The translations under genes and the position numbers were made by a program. From NCBI RefSeq assembly GCF_009914755.1, contig NC_060927.1: a DNA stretch of 64,000 nucleotides. One strand, 5' to 3'. This DNA is from the human T2T-CHM13v2.0 reference genome, Homo sapiens. Under the pieces are notes generated by a model. The model searched no databases. It saw only the letters and a program-made list of their open reading frames with translations, and was not told the DNA's origin. Positions within the stretch are counted from its first letter, which is position 1. The number at the start of each line of letters is the position of its first letter. Shown here in pieces: positions 15,841 through 33,962 of this stretch.

Positions 15841-16154
15841 TGGTTAGTCAATATCACTAACTCTCCAGGAAATGCAAATCAAAACCACAGTGAGACATCA
15901 CCTAACACCTGTTAAAATTGCTATTATAAAAAAAGACAAGAGATAACAAGTGTTGATGAAGATGAGGAGAAAGGAAAACCTTTGCACATGGTTGGTGAAA
16001 ATAAAAATTGGTATAGCCATTATGTAAAACAGTAAGAATTTCCTCACAATATTAGAACTAGAACTACCGAATGACCCAGTAATCCCACTTCTGAATATTT
16101 ATTCAAAGGAAATGAAATCAAAATCGTAAAGAAATACCTGCATTCTCATGGTCA

Positions 16155-16363
16155 AAGGGAAGGGGAAGGGAGGGGAGGCGAGGGGAGGGGAGGGGAGGGG
16201 AGGGAAGGGGACAAGGAAAGAAAGAGAAGGGGAAAGGGAAAGAAGGAAGGAGGAAAGGGGAAAGGAATAGAAAAGAAAGGAAAGAAAAGGGAAAAGGGAA
16301 AAGAAAAGAGAAAGAAAAGAAAAGAAAGAAAAAATAAAAGAAAAGAAACAAAAGAAAAGAAAA
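16155..16363 (+). repeat. GA-rich polypurine microsatellite, part 2
   Basis: (GGGGA)n grading into (GAAAA)n; ends in aagaaaaggtgctca. Confidence 0.95.
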
Positions 16364-16967
16364 GGTGCTCAATATTACCTCCCCCTGTTCATTGATCAGT
16401 CCTCCTGCTCCAGTCCAGACAGGTTGCACTCTAGACCCAATGCTCATCCTTCCAGCAGAGACTTCCCTTTTGCTGATTTCCCTGTTAGATATTCTGTTTC
16501 CAAACTCTCCATCTTCCTCTTCATGGTTCATTCCATCATTTTACTAAAAAATCTTGACGGGCTCTTTGGCAGCCTTTGTTCACACGCGATTTATATTTTA
16601 ATTTGTGTGGAAATCTAAATTTGAAATAATTGTTCTTCTGCACTCTGAAGGCATTTTTCTTTTATAGTCTAGCATGCTGTGTTGCTTTTGAGAAATTGCA
16701 TGTTATTCTCATTCCCATTTCTTGATTATCTCTCTGGAAACATTAAGGAGATTTTCTTTATCCCAGGCTTAATGGCATCTCAGAATGAATATTTTTGGCA
16801 TTTAAAAAATTAATTTTTCTAGATAGTGTTGGATTCCTTGCATCTGTCCTCCTTCCCTGCCTAGCTCTATTTTTTCCTGTTTTGTCTTTACTTTTTTTAC
16901 TCTTTTTTTCCTTTCCCATGTCTTTACTTTTCTTTTCCTCTTTTTCTCCTGTCTTTCTCTCTCTCTA

Positions 16968-17269
16968 TTTTTTTTTTTTTTTTTTTTTTGAGACGGAGTC
17001 TCGCTCTCTCCCAGGCTGGAGTGCAGTGGCGCGATCTCCGCTCACTGCAGGCTCCGCCCCCCGGGGTTCACGCCATTCTCCTGCCTCAGCCTCCCGAGCA
17101 GCTGGGACTACAGGCACCCGCCACCACGCCCAACTAATTTTTTGTATTTTTAGTAGAGACAGGGTTTCACCGTGTTGGCCAGGATGGTCTCGATCTCCTG
17201 ACTTCGTGATCCGCCCGCCTCGGCCTCCCAAAGTGCTGGGATTACAGGCGTGAGCCACCGCGCCCGGAC
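16968..17269 (-). mobile_element. AluY, Ye-lineage-like, CpG-rich
   Basis: reverse complement contains GGCGTGAACCCCGGGGGGCGGAGCCTGCAG (Ye-type diagnostics as I recall them); most CpGs retained; TSD tctttctctct. Confidence 0.9.
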
Positions 17270-17611
17270 TTTCTTTCTCTCTTACTCTTTACAAATTCAG
17301 TTTTATTTTCTCAGTGAATACAAACCTGAGAGCTCCAAATAGATACAATCCACATTAAAAAGCAGAATAAATAAACCTGTCAGTTTTCAGAATAATAAGT
17401 GTTGTCTAATAGCCTATGAAGATTATTATTTTCAAAATTATCACTATGAATTCATAGATTTTAACATGTTATCAACTTAATAAATTATAATTATTATTCT
17501 TTGACCGATAGGAGCTCAAATCAAAAATACCATATTGGTTTCTCAGTCCTTCGGATATGACCTTAGTAGTCTCTGACAGATTTCTTGTTGTCTGGTACAG
17601 ATGTCAAGGCT

Positions 17612-17647
17612 GACAAAGTGAGACTTTGTCTCAAAAAAAAAGAAAAA
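17612..17647 (+). mobile_element. Extremely 5'-truncated Alu (last ~21 nt plus A-tail)
   Basis: gacaaagtgagactttgtctc + A-tail, flanked by atgtcaaggct (17601-17611) and atgtctaggct (17648-17658). Confidence 0.75.
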
Positions 17648-17836
17648 ATGTCTAGGCTACTCATGTGTATTTTTTTTCTGCCTCACAATGGGATATTAGA
17701 TATTTTTCCAGAGGCCAATAGGTAATAATTTTCACAGTTTTCTGGTTTCTAATTTCTTTCTTTTTTTAAAAAAGAAACAAACTTTCCAAACACAAATATA
17801 CACACTCTTATTTCCCCTTCTTTCTTACTCATAAGA

Positions 17837-17838
<2 letters not shown>

Positions 17839-17874
<36 letters not shown>
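17839..17874. repeat. (GT)18 microsatellite
   Basis: seen directly. Confidence 0.98.
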
Positions 17875-17876
<2 letters not shown>

Positions 17877-18609
17877 AAACACATATTTTGCCTTGATTTT
17901 GGCTTTTGCTCTTCATTTTTATTTTTTTTTACTTTACAAAATAACCTGTAAATTGTTACATATCAGTAGGTATTAATATTTTCCTTTTTAACACTCACAT
18001 AGTACTCCACTGTGCATTTAATTAACTGTTTTTATATCTATAGATACAGAGTTTCTTTCCAATACTTTATCTGATACATCTCAATCATCACTTTATTTGT
18101 AACTTTTTGACTCTCCTTTGTTTTAGCTACATCTCTTGTACAAAGCATAGAGCTAGATTTTTTCTTTTGAAGCAAGTCCGAAAATATCTTTCTTGTAATA
18201 GTTTAGTTGAATTCATTTTTATTAACTTCAATGACTGACATGTTTAGTCCAAATTCTATCATATTATTTCATTTAATATTTATCAATGGTGTTGTATTTA
18301 CTGTTTATTTATATCTTGTTTTATATAATTTTTATTTCTCCTGGTATTTCAGACAGTTTGCATTTTTGTTTTAGTTATCTTTACATTAACACCTTTATTA
18401 CATACTCACTCTTCTGTGTCTGCACTTATAATGCTATTTTTGGTTTCTCTGCTTTAAATAATATTTTTTGACTACCACTAGTACTTATATTACAATCAGT
18501 GAGATTGTTCTATTTTAGCTTTCTCTCTTTACCTCTACTTATTTTGTTTTTACTTTTCATTTACTTTTTTATTATGATGCATTCATCATAATAATGATGA
18601 TGCCTTACT

Positions 18610-19410
18610 TACAGAGATTTAAGATTTACAGAGGAGTCACAAAGATGGTATGGAGAGGTTTTATGCAGACTTCATCCAAGTTCCCTAATTTGAACATCGT
18701 ACATAATCGTGACACACTTATCAAAACTAAGATGTTAATATTGTTGTAGTACCATTAACTAAAATATAGGCTTTATGTTGAACTTGAGATTTTTCCACTA
18801 ATGTCATTTTCCTGTTTTGAGATCCTATTAGGAAGCCAAAGTTGTCAACTCTTCTTGGATTCCTCCAATCTATGACAGGTTCCTCTGTCTTTTCTTGCCA
18901 TTCATGCCTTTGACACTTTTGAAGAGTACTGGCTACATATTTCATACAATGTCCTTTAGTTTTAGTTTGTCTGATATTTGTTCATGATTAGGCTTTTGTT
19001 AGGGATTTAAGGGAAGAATATCACAGAATGGAAGAGTCTTTGTCATTGTATCATATCTGAGGGTACATGATATCAACATGATTTACTACCGGTTTTGTTA
19101 GCCTGTATCACTTGGCTAAAGAAGGGTCTGCTACTTCATTCATTACATACATGACACTAATTCCAGGCTGCACTCAAGGGGATAGGAACTATGCTCTATT
19201 ACCTAGAAACAGAACTATCAAATAATTTGTGAAAACATTATAACAGCATCCCAATATTGAATGAACATATTGGGGAGATACATTGAAACTATACAGATAT
19301 CCTGTTTCTCAAAGTTTTATCCACTGGCTGACCTTGTTTTCAATAATTATAACTGTGATGCTCTAATGCTATTTTCTATTTCTCTGATTCTTTCCATATG
19401 TATAAATTGG
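18610..19410 (-). mobile_element. L1MC-type 3' end
   Basis: tttacagaggagtcacaaagatggta...atcaaaactaaga...tttttccactaatgtc...tttgtctgatattt resembles L1MC4/5 antisense. Confidence 0.6.
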
Positions 19411-20444
19411 AAAGTATAGCTTTGCTAGGTGTAAAATTCTTGGCACACACATTGTGTATGAGTTTATTGAAAATATTGATCCACAGTTATCTTACTTTGC
19501 ATGTTACTGTTAGGAAGTCAGATACCAGTTTGATTTTCTTTCCTTGGAAGTGAGTTTGTATTTTCATGTGAAGGTGCATATGATTTTTCTTTATCTTAAA
19601 GTCTAACACTTTTATTAGGATGTATATTTGAGCTCACTATTCTGGATGATTTATGACAAGTGTGTTTCAATAGGCAGATTCAGGTCTTCTGTTATTTCCC
19701 AAAGTTTCTTAGATTATCATTTAAAATATTATTTCTTCTCCATTTTCTTCTTTTTTGGAAATTCCAATTTTATGTGTTGTGTATTGCCCTTGCTAATCTC
19801 ATAGGCTGATCAGGTTGACTTTAATTCTTTTTATTACTTTTGGTGTTTATTTTTATTCCCCTAGTAGTTTTATTTTCTCTCTTCAACAGCCCTTATATAA
19901 ATGATAGAATCTCTTACTCCTTGAAAATCTTAAAATTTAGTATTAGTTTTTTTAAATAATTACATCTGTTTCTCCAATTTATCTTTTACATTTAGCCAGT
20001 TCCCATTTTATATATTTCTTCTTGTCCATCTCTGTTCTAATTTTTTACTTTACATAAAAGATGATTTTACCTATCAGGAAGTACATGCTTAAATATAATG
20101 AATTCACGTTGTGGCATTGTGTCAGTTTTTCTCTCTATGGTTAGATTCTTTAAAAAACTTTTTGTCAAATGGAATGCTTTGATTTTCTATCTTCCTTTAA
20201 TATTATTTTCATGTGGATGTAGTCTATTATTTTTCTGTTTGTTTTGAAACGCCTTTTTTCTTAGGATCATAATGATAGCTTATTCTATCAGGGATAAGGG
20301 AATAATGTATTTTGAAAGCCATTAGTTTGGGACACTATCTTTTGCTGGTACAGTGACTTGATATATTTTAATATATGGCTTATCTATGACGGTTATAAAT
20401 TGCATCTTCTGATCTTGTAATTTTCTATTTTGGGTGTAGCAAAT

Positions 20445-20800
20445 TGTTTAATCTACAGTCTCTAGGAAACAGACTCTGAGATGGAGATGTACATGTAAAA
20501 ACTTGTTGAGGAATATCCTCAGGCCTATATTTATTAAGGAAAGAATAGCTGAATGTAGTCACAACAAAAGCCTTAGCCACTACTGCGGGGAAGTGAGGAT
20601 TTTGGATGTCCCTTCAGAGACTGAATTGCATTAGGTGTAGGTGTTCAGGAATTTACACCTCCCATGAATAGTCATTGGTTGCAAGCTGTCCCCAAGGAAG
20701 AGATACAACTTTGATAAGACAGCTCTCTTCAGCTCAGGCCATTTCCTAGCAAGGGACTCAGTTGACAACTGCTAGCTGCTAACACTCTTGCAACATTTTT
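20445..20800 (-). mobile_element. Ancient ERVL-class LTR (LTR33-like)
   Basis: ggaaacagactctgagatggagat...gttgaggaatatcctcagg motif; family name uncertain. Confidence 0.45.
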
Positions 20801-21623
20801 CTGTGAGCAGACTAACATCTTAAGAAACTTGCTCCCATCATCTTCTAATCTCTGTCTCAGTGCTGTAATCAATTTAACCCTGTTACCTTGTTACCCTTTC
20901 CTGACAGTGATGAAGACCATAATTGTTAAATATGGTAATGCTGTTGTTGACCCCTTGCATTGATTTACAAGACATTTTATTAAACAATCCTGAGTTAATG
21001 CTTTTTGTTTATGGATCTTATGCCAAAAATGCAAAAGGAAAATACAAAGCAGGATATGCTGTGACAACTCAATGTGAACTAACAGAAAATGTAACTCTTT
21101 CCCCAATTTAAGTCAGCCCAAAAGGCAGAGCTATAAGTTCTCACTTGGATCTGTCAGATATCTAAGGGCAAATCAGTCAACATTTCTACAGATAGTAGAT
21201 ATATTTTCGCGTAGTTTATAAGTTTGGTATACTATGAAAAGAAAGAGGGTTCCTCACCTTTGGTGGAACCCCCATCAAAAATGCGCCCCAAGTAGATGAG
21301 TGTCTTTCTGCTGTTTTGCTGCCTTCATAAATGGCTATTAAAATGGAAGGCCACACCCATAAAACTGAACCTGAATACCGAGAAAATACCCTAGAAGTCG
21401 TTCATGCTAAATAAACTAGTAGTGATACCACTGAGATGTTTGAAAGAAAAACACTTTGAATGAACTCCACAAAATTGATCCAAATCTATGATAATTTGTT
21501 TAATAAAGAATGCTATGAACCTGAATCAGCAAAACAAACAAAATTGGCTCTTAAAAGAATGAAATTTAATATTAAATAGGAACTGACTGAGAGCCTGAAC
21601 CACTGCTTCATTCTCCCAAAGTC

Positions 21624-25058
<3,435 letters not shown>

Positions 25059-26231
25059 CTACACATGGATTTCGTGCAGTTGCCACTCTCAATGGCTTAC
25101 CAATATAGTCTTGTAATCGTATTTTGTTCTCAGGATGAATTGCAGCCTTTCCATGCATAAAGACCAGCTCCATAACAGTAGCAAATTAAATTACTATGGG
25201 GCATACATAGCCTTTATGGAGAATACCTGGAGAAATTTCCAGCAGTAAGGGAACTCCTTTTACTGGAAAAATTATTAAACAATGAAATAAAGTTTTACAA
25301 GTACGATGGCACTACCATTGTCCTTATCATCCCTAGTCTTCTGGAAAAATTGAATGAAAAATTATATCTTAAATCTAAGTTGCCTAAACTAACAAAATAA
25401 TCTGGATTGCCTTGGCCAAAACTTTTACCACTGGCCTTAGTTGCAATCAGATCTGTGCTGAAAAGCACATGCTAACAGCTTATACAATAGTAACAGGAAG
25501 ACCTATGACCTTAATTATAGAACCTCATTTATCTCTTATACTTCTAAATTCTGTATGACTAGGTATTGCAACATCTTGATGCATTATGGTGAAGAATATT
25601 TCCACCAAGTAAAGGAAGCTTTCTGTGACCCACTGACTGATGACCAGCCTTCCATAATATAGAATCTGAAGATTGGGTCTTTTAGAAATGACACCAAATA
25701 AATACTTCTCTTGAGTCTCATTGGAATGAACCATAACAAGTTCTTATCATCACTCATAAAGCTTCAGGACTTCAAGACTTGGGTTCCAGTCTCTCAGCTC
25801 AAAAGGGTTCCTCGAGATTGTTGGAACTGTATGCAACCTGGAGATCTCGAAGTAAAACTGACCAGGGAGATCTCTCCCACCAAAAGAAGATGGTATCCTT
25901 GAGGTGAACAGATTTTTAAAGATCATGGATCATAAACCTCTTCCCTGGCCTCTCATGGAACTCCAATCTTCTTTTCTCTTTTGGTTCTCACTTTTTCTTT
26001 CCATGTGTGCATTGCAAAATAATGCTATAATTGAAATTTTATAGTTTGTAGTTTCAGCAGAGATTTTAACTGAATGTTGTGTTTGCCATGCCAAATCCAA
26101 ATCAATACATGAGGAAAAGAATGTTCTAGCCCATTCTTAACTGATTTTACCAGAATCCCAAATTTGACCATCTGTTTAGATTGCATTACTGATCTACGTT
26201 ATGAAGTTAGAGTTCAAGACACATTAGTTCT

Positions 26232-27480
26232 TTTTAAAACTTTCTTAATTGATACATAATAATTGTACATATTTATGGGGTAAATGTGATATTTTGCTAC
26301 ACACATAGACGGTATGATGATCAATCCAGGGTATTTGGGTGCCCAACACCTTGAGCGTTTATCATTTCTTTGTGTCAAAACATGTCAAATCTTTTCTTCT
26401 AGCTATTTTAAAATATATAATAAATTATTGTTAACTATAGTCACCCTATTGTGCTAACAAACACTAGAACATTTTTTTCTGTCTAACTGCATGTTGGTAT
26501 CTATTAACCAACCTCTCTTTTTCCTCCAGCCCACTCTTCCCAGCCTCTGGTGGCTATCATTCTGCTCTCTACTTTCATGAAAATCAACTTTTTTAACTTC
26601 TACATATCAATGAGAACATGTGATATTTGTCTTTCTGCACCTGGATTATTTCACTTAACATAATGACCTCTGATTCCATCCATGTTGCTGCAAAAAATGG
26701 GATTTCTTTCTTTTCAGTGGCTGAATAGTATTCCATTGTGTATATGTACCACATTTGCTTTATCCGTTCATCCCTTATGGACATTTAGGTTGAATCCATA
26801 TCTTGGCTATCATGAATAGTGCTGCAATAAACACGGGGGTGCAAGTATCCCTTTGATATACTGATTTCTTTTCCTTTAAAGAAATATCCAATAATGGGAA
26901 TGCTGGATCGTATAATAGTTCTATTTTTAGTTTTCTGAGAAGTCTTTCTACTGTTTTTCACATACATTTCATGTGAATGTACTAAGTTACATTCTAGCAA
27001 CAGTGTAAAAGAGTTCCCTTTTCTCTGCATCCTTGCCAACATTTGAATAAGGGTGGTGTCAGTGGGCATCCTTGTCTTGTTCCAGATGTTACAAGAAAGA
27101 ATTTCAGCTTTCTCCCATTCAGTGTATTAACTGTGAGTTTGTCATATATGGCCTTTAGGTTGACGTAATGTCCCTCGTTTGTCTGAGAGTTTTTATCTCG
27201 AGAAGATGTTGAGTTTTATCAGATGCTTTTTGGCATCTATTAAAATGATCATGTTTTTTGTCTTTTATTCTGTTGATATGATGTATCATGTTCCATGATG
27301 TGCATATGTTAAACATCTTTGCATCGCTGGGCTATATCCCACCTAATCATGGTATATTATATTTTTGATGTATTCTTGGACTTAGCATGCTAGTATTTTC
27401 TTGAGGATTTTTGAATCTATCTTCATCAGGGGTATTCGTTTCTACTTTTTTATAGTGTCTGTCTGTTTTTGGTACCAGAG
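26232..27480 (-). mobile_element. L1MA-type 3' end with an internal deletion near 27045
   Basis: 3'UTR ttaattgatacataataattgtacatatttatgggg; ORF 26593-26784 is the ORF2 C-terminus; jumps to the RT region at gaataagggtggtg. Confidence 0.85.
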
Positions 27481-28575
27481 GAACTCTTCTTGTCATAACT
27501 TAAGCCAGAATTGAAATACCAGATCCTCTGACAGTAGTCTAAGGGAGATATGCAACAGAAAGGAAAGCTTAAATAAAACTCTTTGCAAGAATGCCTATTG
27601 AGCTACATTTTGATAGCCTCTCAGTAAGTAACAACTCAGTATCAGTCCTTGGTTAGAAATTGCCAATGTCTTTATTCCAACAAATGGCTCCATAAATAAT
27701 TCTTAGTAGCACTGTCAGGGTACACATTTTTATCTGTGGAAGTTTTAACAAGCAATCATATGCATGGGTCACTCCATGGCTTAACAAACGGAGAATGAAA
27801 AACTAATGCAGACTAGTGCCACTGTCACTTCATAACAAATCAGAAAATAAGCATTGGTCCTCTCCTCTAAACTTAAACTATAGATAAAAAAGGAACTTAT
27901 CAGCAGGTATCAATCCCGCTGGGTGTTTCCATGGCTTCAACTAGTATAAATAAAATTTGTCATTCACATTAGCTAGTATAACTGATTCCACAACTAAGGC
28001 TATAGCTGACAAATAAAAATCTCTAGATTCTCCAGCTCAAGTTGTTTTAATTGCTTTAGATTATTTGTTGGCTAAACAAGGAGGTGTCTGCAATGGCTAA
28101 TATTTCTTGTTATACCTGGATAAACACATCTGGTGTTGTAAAAATTCAATTACAAAAAAAATTAATAAGCAAGCCATCTAGTTAAGACAGGTTAAATTCT
28201 CCTCTAGTTCATTCTTTGATTTATTTGATTGTAGTTGGGTTGGTTCTTTGGGGGCTTGGCTAAGAAGCATACTTTAGTTTCTTTGTATTATTCTCTTAAT
28301 AGTAACCATTCTAATCTCCCTGGTATGCTGTGTCCTCTCAAGAACCTTAAATGCATGCTCATAACCATCAACAATACACCAGATTATCTTGTTGCAGTGA
28401 GAACAAGGAAAAAGATAAACAACACAAGAAAAGTTTACTCAATGAACCTGACATCATGACTTATGAATTCCATGCTGAAACAAAGGCCAACCAGCCACGA
28501 TTGTGACAGTCACACACACACACCCAAGTTTTGGCCAATCATTAATAAATAAGAGGCTGATCAGAAGGGAGGACT

Positions 28576-28982
28576 TATTAAAATAATTTAATAGGATGCC
28601 TTTAGCCTAAGGTGGACCCTGAGACCTAGGTTCCCATGGAAGCAAACCAAAATCTAACGTGAATGTGTTTGTCATTAAGTGACTAACTTAGAGAAAGTAA
28701 AACTTAAGTTCAACCAATCAGAAACCATCAAATAACCTCTAATTACATAACTAGGGATTGTCCACATAGGTAATTCAAATAAGGCAATTATATTACTGTA
28801 ACAAACTGATCTTTTTTTTTTTTTTGACTTTCCTTCTCTATTCATCCTATAAAGCTTTTCTTTTGAGCATCCCCAGTAGACCCCCAACCACAATCCTTGG
28901 TTGGATAATGCCAGATTCATAAATTGCAATTTGTTCAAATAGCCTCAAAAGGACTAATGTGACTCAATTTAAGTTTTTTAAG
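28576..28982 (+). mobile_element. 3' LTR of the ERV1 remnant (MER92-like)
   Basis: preceded by polypurine tract agaagggaggac; contains ccaatc, cctataaa TATA; family name from memory. Confidence 0.65.
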
Positions 28983-29184
28983 TTTTCCATTAATTCCACT
29001 TCTCTTCCAACGTCATATATCTCTATTATCATAGGTCTGCTAAGTCATATTGCCCAAATGTCAGGACTGCTTAAGCCACAGCTTGAACCGTGGAGAGCCC
29101 TTTTCTGTCCTGGAACCCACTCAAAACTGTCATTATTCTCCCATTTAGACAGATGTGTCTATGAGTAGGATTTTTACAACTGTG

Positions 29185-29565
29185 TCAGACATTAAGAAAA
29201 GTTTTGGAAAATTTTAAAATAAGTCCTTAAATTACTGCATTACACTGCTGGACTAAGATTTTAAGAGTAATAAGCCACATATCATCACACTTATTTTGCT
29301 GAATATAAAATTATTATTACTTTAATAATAGTGCTTGTTAAACAATATTTTGTATCATTACTAAATAAAATTTTAAAATTTAATTATTTTATTTAATCTT
29401 GTACTTTCTAAATTTTTACTTTTGATGTTGTACTATACATAATAATTTAGTACAGTGACATCTATTTAATATTTACATAAGAATGTATATATATTTAAGA
29501 TGTACTCCAAATGATTTTACTGATATGAATGTACAATAAAAATGGTTGTAAATCCCCCCTCTAGT
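29185..29565. mobile_element. Probable hAT-Charlie MITE remnant (MER113-like)
   Basis: AT-rich body ending aaaaatggttgtaaatccccctctag; weak. Confidence 0.35.
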
Positions 29566-29599
29566 GAAGCCACAAGAGTATACAACAGTTAAAACATAA

Positions 29600-29930
29600 G
29601 AGTAAATGAGACAATCTACGGAGAATTCTAGAATAAAAGAAGTAGGCCAAGAATACAACAGAGGGGAATAGAAGCATCATTAAGGGAAAAGAGAGAAACA
29701 TGGCCCAGCATCAAAGACTGAGGTGAGAAAGTGAGGAAGATAGAACCAGTGAGTATTATCACAGAAGCCAGAGGTGAAGGGACTTTCAATAGCACCAAAC
29801 ACTACAGCTTGGTTAGGAAGATAGGTAGATGTTCTTTGAAGGTGACATTTAGAGTTCATTGCGATCTTACTCAGAGAAAAGTTTCAGTGAAATGGTGAGG
29901 GCAGAAACCATAAATTTGAGGGATCTAAGT
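29600..29930 (-). mobile_element. L2 fragment
   Basis: tcacagaagccagag...gtttcagtgaaatggtgagggcagaaacca is antisense L2-like. Confidence 0.6.
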
Positions 29931-29989
29931 AGAACAATTTGTAATCTAACTGCCCATTCCCCTTATATTGCTTATGAGTTCTTGTAAGA

Positions 29990-30760
<771 letters not shown>

Positions 30761-31332
30761 ACTGAAATTTTAGCAATCAGTGTAGTAAGTATGGATTGAG
30801 GGTCTGAGGATCTAGCTCAGTTTGCTACAAAGTGCCCAAAAGATTTATGAATTGGTCTGTGACTTGACGATATTTAATCAAGATTTACACAATCATGGGA
30901 TATACTACTCACACCTTATTAAGTGATAAGTATATTATAGAGCAGGCAAGTATTGTGTATTTCAAGAAGAAGAAAAATCAATTTGATTTCAAAGATTAAG
31001 AAAGGCTGCAAGATCTTCTTTGAACTCAACTATTGAGATGGAAAAGAGGGAGAAGCTGTTTTAGATAAGAGAAACATTACTAGCAAATTAATTGAAGCAA
31101 ATGCACAAGGAACAAGGAAGGGAGCACATGGCCGAGTTTGCTGAGATAAGGAGGAGAAAACAAGTTGATGATAAGATACAGAAAACAATGGGATATCTAG
31201 AACACCAAAATAAGAAAAATTGATTTGGTTTGAAAAGTAATGGGAATTTTATAAATTCTTGAGCAGTGCAGTATTATTTTTTCCCCCTTTCATTCAGCAA
31301 GTCCTCAATTAGCACTAAAGAGTGCCAGACAC

Positions 31333-31700
<368 letters not shown>

Positions 31701-31889
31701 TTAAGCCTATATGCTAATGATAGTGATGGGACAGGAGTGACCGATTTTAGATGTCCTAACAAATATATAGTATATCGAGGAGTGAAGTGTGAAGAAGGAA
31801 ACAACAGGGTAAAGGACAGCTGGTATGAGCAGAAAAGACGGTATAGCAATCTCAATAATTCATATGGGGAGCCAGATAATAATAATATC

Positions 31890-32485
31890 AAAGTTTCCCT
31901 GAGGGCATTGTAGGATGTGGGAACAAATTCACCTCACAGAGTGAAGAAGTTGATGACCTTGGCCGCACTTTCTACACTTTCTTGGATCCTCTTTAAATAC
32001 TAATTATTTTCTACAAAGCATATTAGTCACACTTCCCCCAGTAACAGGTCAAACCAGCCTGAGACTATTTTCTGCCTGTTTTATCTTGTATGTTCAGAAT
32101 AGTGAATAAAATTGTAAAAATGAGATCGGTTTCATATGAATCAGCAAGATGATCATCAAACAGACTTTAGTGAAGGTCATTTGTTTTTACCTCATTATCT
32201 CACAAGACATCTTTAATTAATTTCAAGTGGTTTATATATTTTTAGGACTGAGTCCACAGAATTACACTGATGTCAGTGCAGAGAAATCCCTTTAGGATTT
32301 GGTGGAAAGCTTTAACTTTGCAGTGTTACAGATATAATTATCAACACTGACCTACTAGTAGTCTCCTAGATTTTCATTCTTTTAATCCCAAATGTTTTAG
32401 AGGCCAAGGTTTATATTCTTTAATTTTATGAAAACCACATCATAAAGCTGTTACAAAGCTCTTCTCAGTAAAATCTAGGTAAGAG
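31890..32485 (+). promoter_or_regulatory. Candidate OR5K3 promoter / non-coding first exon ending at donor AG|GTAAGA (32478|32479)
   Basis: no recognisable repeats, AT-rich; O/E(EBF)-like tttccctgaggg (~31894) and tccctttagga (~32287); homeodomain-like ttaattaa (~32213); strong donor; OR genes typically have such upstream exons. Confidence 0.4.
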
Positions 32486-33873
32486 AAGCGTGCTAACTTA
32501 TTTTTACTTCTAATTTTAGCAACCATAAAGCTCTGAATTATTTAGTACCTCTGAATTATTTAGTATCTTTTATTGTTCTTAAATTTCAGCTTTTTTCTAA
32601 TCTTTCTAGCACTTTTCAAAATTGAATGCTATGAAGAACTAGGATGAGACACAATACTGCAATTTGTCTGACTTTCTGATTGTAACAGAATTTCAAAACA
32701 CATAAGTAAAGTTACAAAGAAATTCTGTTAAATAATTTAGGCATGTACATAGAAAGTTATTGCTAACTTAACTGACTACATGGCTTACATTTATTATTTT
32801 AAAACGAATTAATAAAATAGTCAGCCCATGTTTTTGTTTTAATATTTTGAATATAAAAACATGTCTATTTTGACCATAGAACTTATATGATTTGAATTAT
32901 CAGTCAGTATGTCCTAATGAATCACTATGCAGGGAAAGGAAATAGCCTTTTAAAGCAAAACAAAATTTGACTTCAAAAATCCTATTAAGATATAAAGGAT
33001 TTTCTCCTTTTTCCTAAGTGTTAGAAGGCTATAGTATAAAGGTGAGCTTGCTTTTACTTAGTAGCTTTTAATCTGCTATAGTATACTTCAGAAAATCTTA
33101 TATAATTTTCTGAAGAAACAGAAAAATGGTAGAAAAGAGTCAATTTAGATAAAAGAAAGACACCTAAAATTTTATGTAATGATTTTATATATTTCTTTGT
33201 AGACTTTCCTTTAAAGCTAATAGTCTGCAGAAACCAAAGAATCATTAAGGATCATTAGTAGAATTCATAAAGCAACTTTACTCATTCCAGGTCATCAGGG
33301 TGGAGCTAATACTGAAATTAATACTGCCTTTTCCCCCATAGTATTTTACAGCTCTTTTCACAGAAGTATAAATCACAACTAACCTCAAAATGCTTACAAT
33401 ATAAGAAAATTGAATAGACTGACATTTTTAAAAAGCAATGTATATATAGGCAAGAAATTCTGAATTGTGTGGAGTATATAAGAGAGCATCTACCGTTCGG
33501 AAAATGGAAATCTGTGTGGACTGGGGCAATTAGTTAAAACTTTAAGTAGCATTATATAAAAAGTATTCCTTATCAAAAGGAGGAAGGATTTAGGCATGTA
33601 AGAGAAAATCAACAGGAATAATAGAATGGATAGAGTCAATGTTTATGAAATGGGTGTGACACTGGGGAAAGGGATGAGACAAGTGATAATCTACGGATGT
33701 TTATTTCTTTAAATCTCCAAGATAATTTTCTTTAAAGATAAATATTTTCCTCCTCAGTTCTTGGTGAATTTCATACAGTTCCTAAGATATAAATTTAACA
33801 TATCTGTTATATGCTTTTTTAAAACATTCAATCTACTGGAAGAATATATAGAAATTATTTTCTTGGAGAGAGA

Positions 33874-33962
33874 TGTGTGTGCGTGTGTGTGTGTGTATAT
33901 ATATATATATAGCCCCATATAATATATATATTCTATATTATATGACATATATATATATATTA
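33874..33962. repeat. (TG)n(TA)n compound microsatellite
   Basis: seen directly. Confidence 0.9.

Larger units (their letters stand above)
14710..16150 (+). mobile_element. Old L1 (L1MA/MB) ORF2 3' fragment interrupted by an Alu
   Basis: aaatggattaaagacttaaa, gaaatgcaaatcaaaaccacagtgagacatca motifs. Confidence 0.8.

Noticed and set aside
15551-17258. Lys/Glu/Arg-rich, Phe/Ser-rich and Alu-containing ORFs of 85-152 aa
   Set aside because: Translations of GA microsatellites and Alu sequence.
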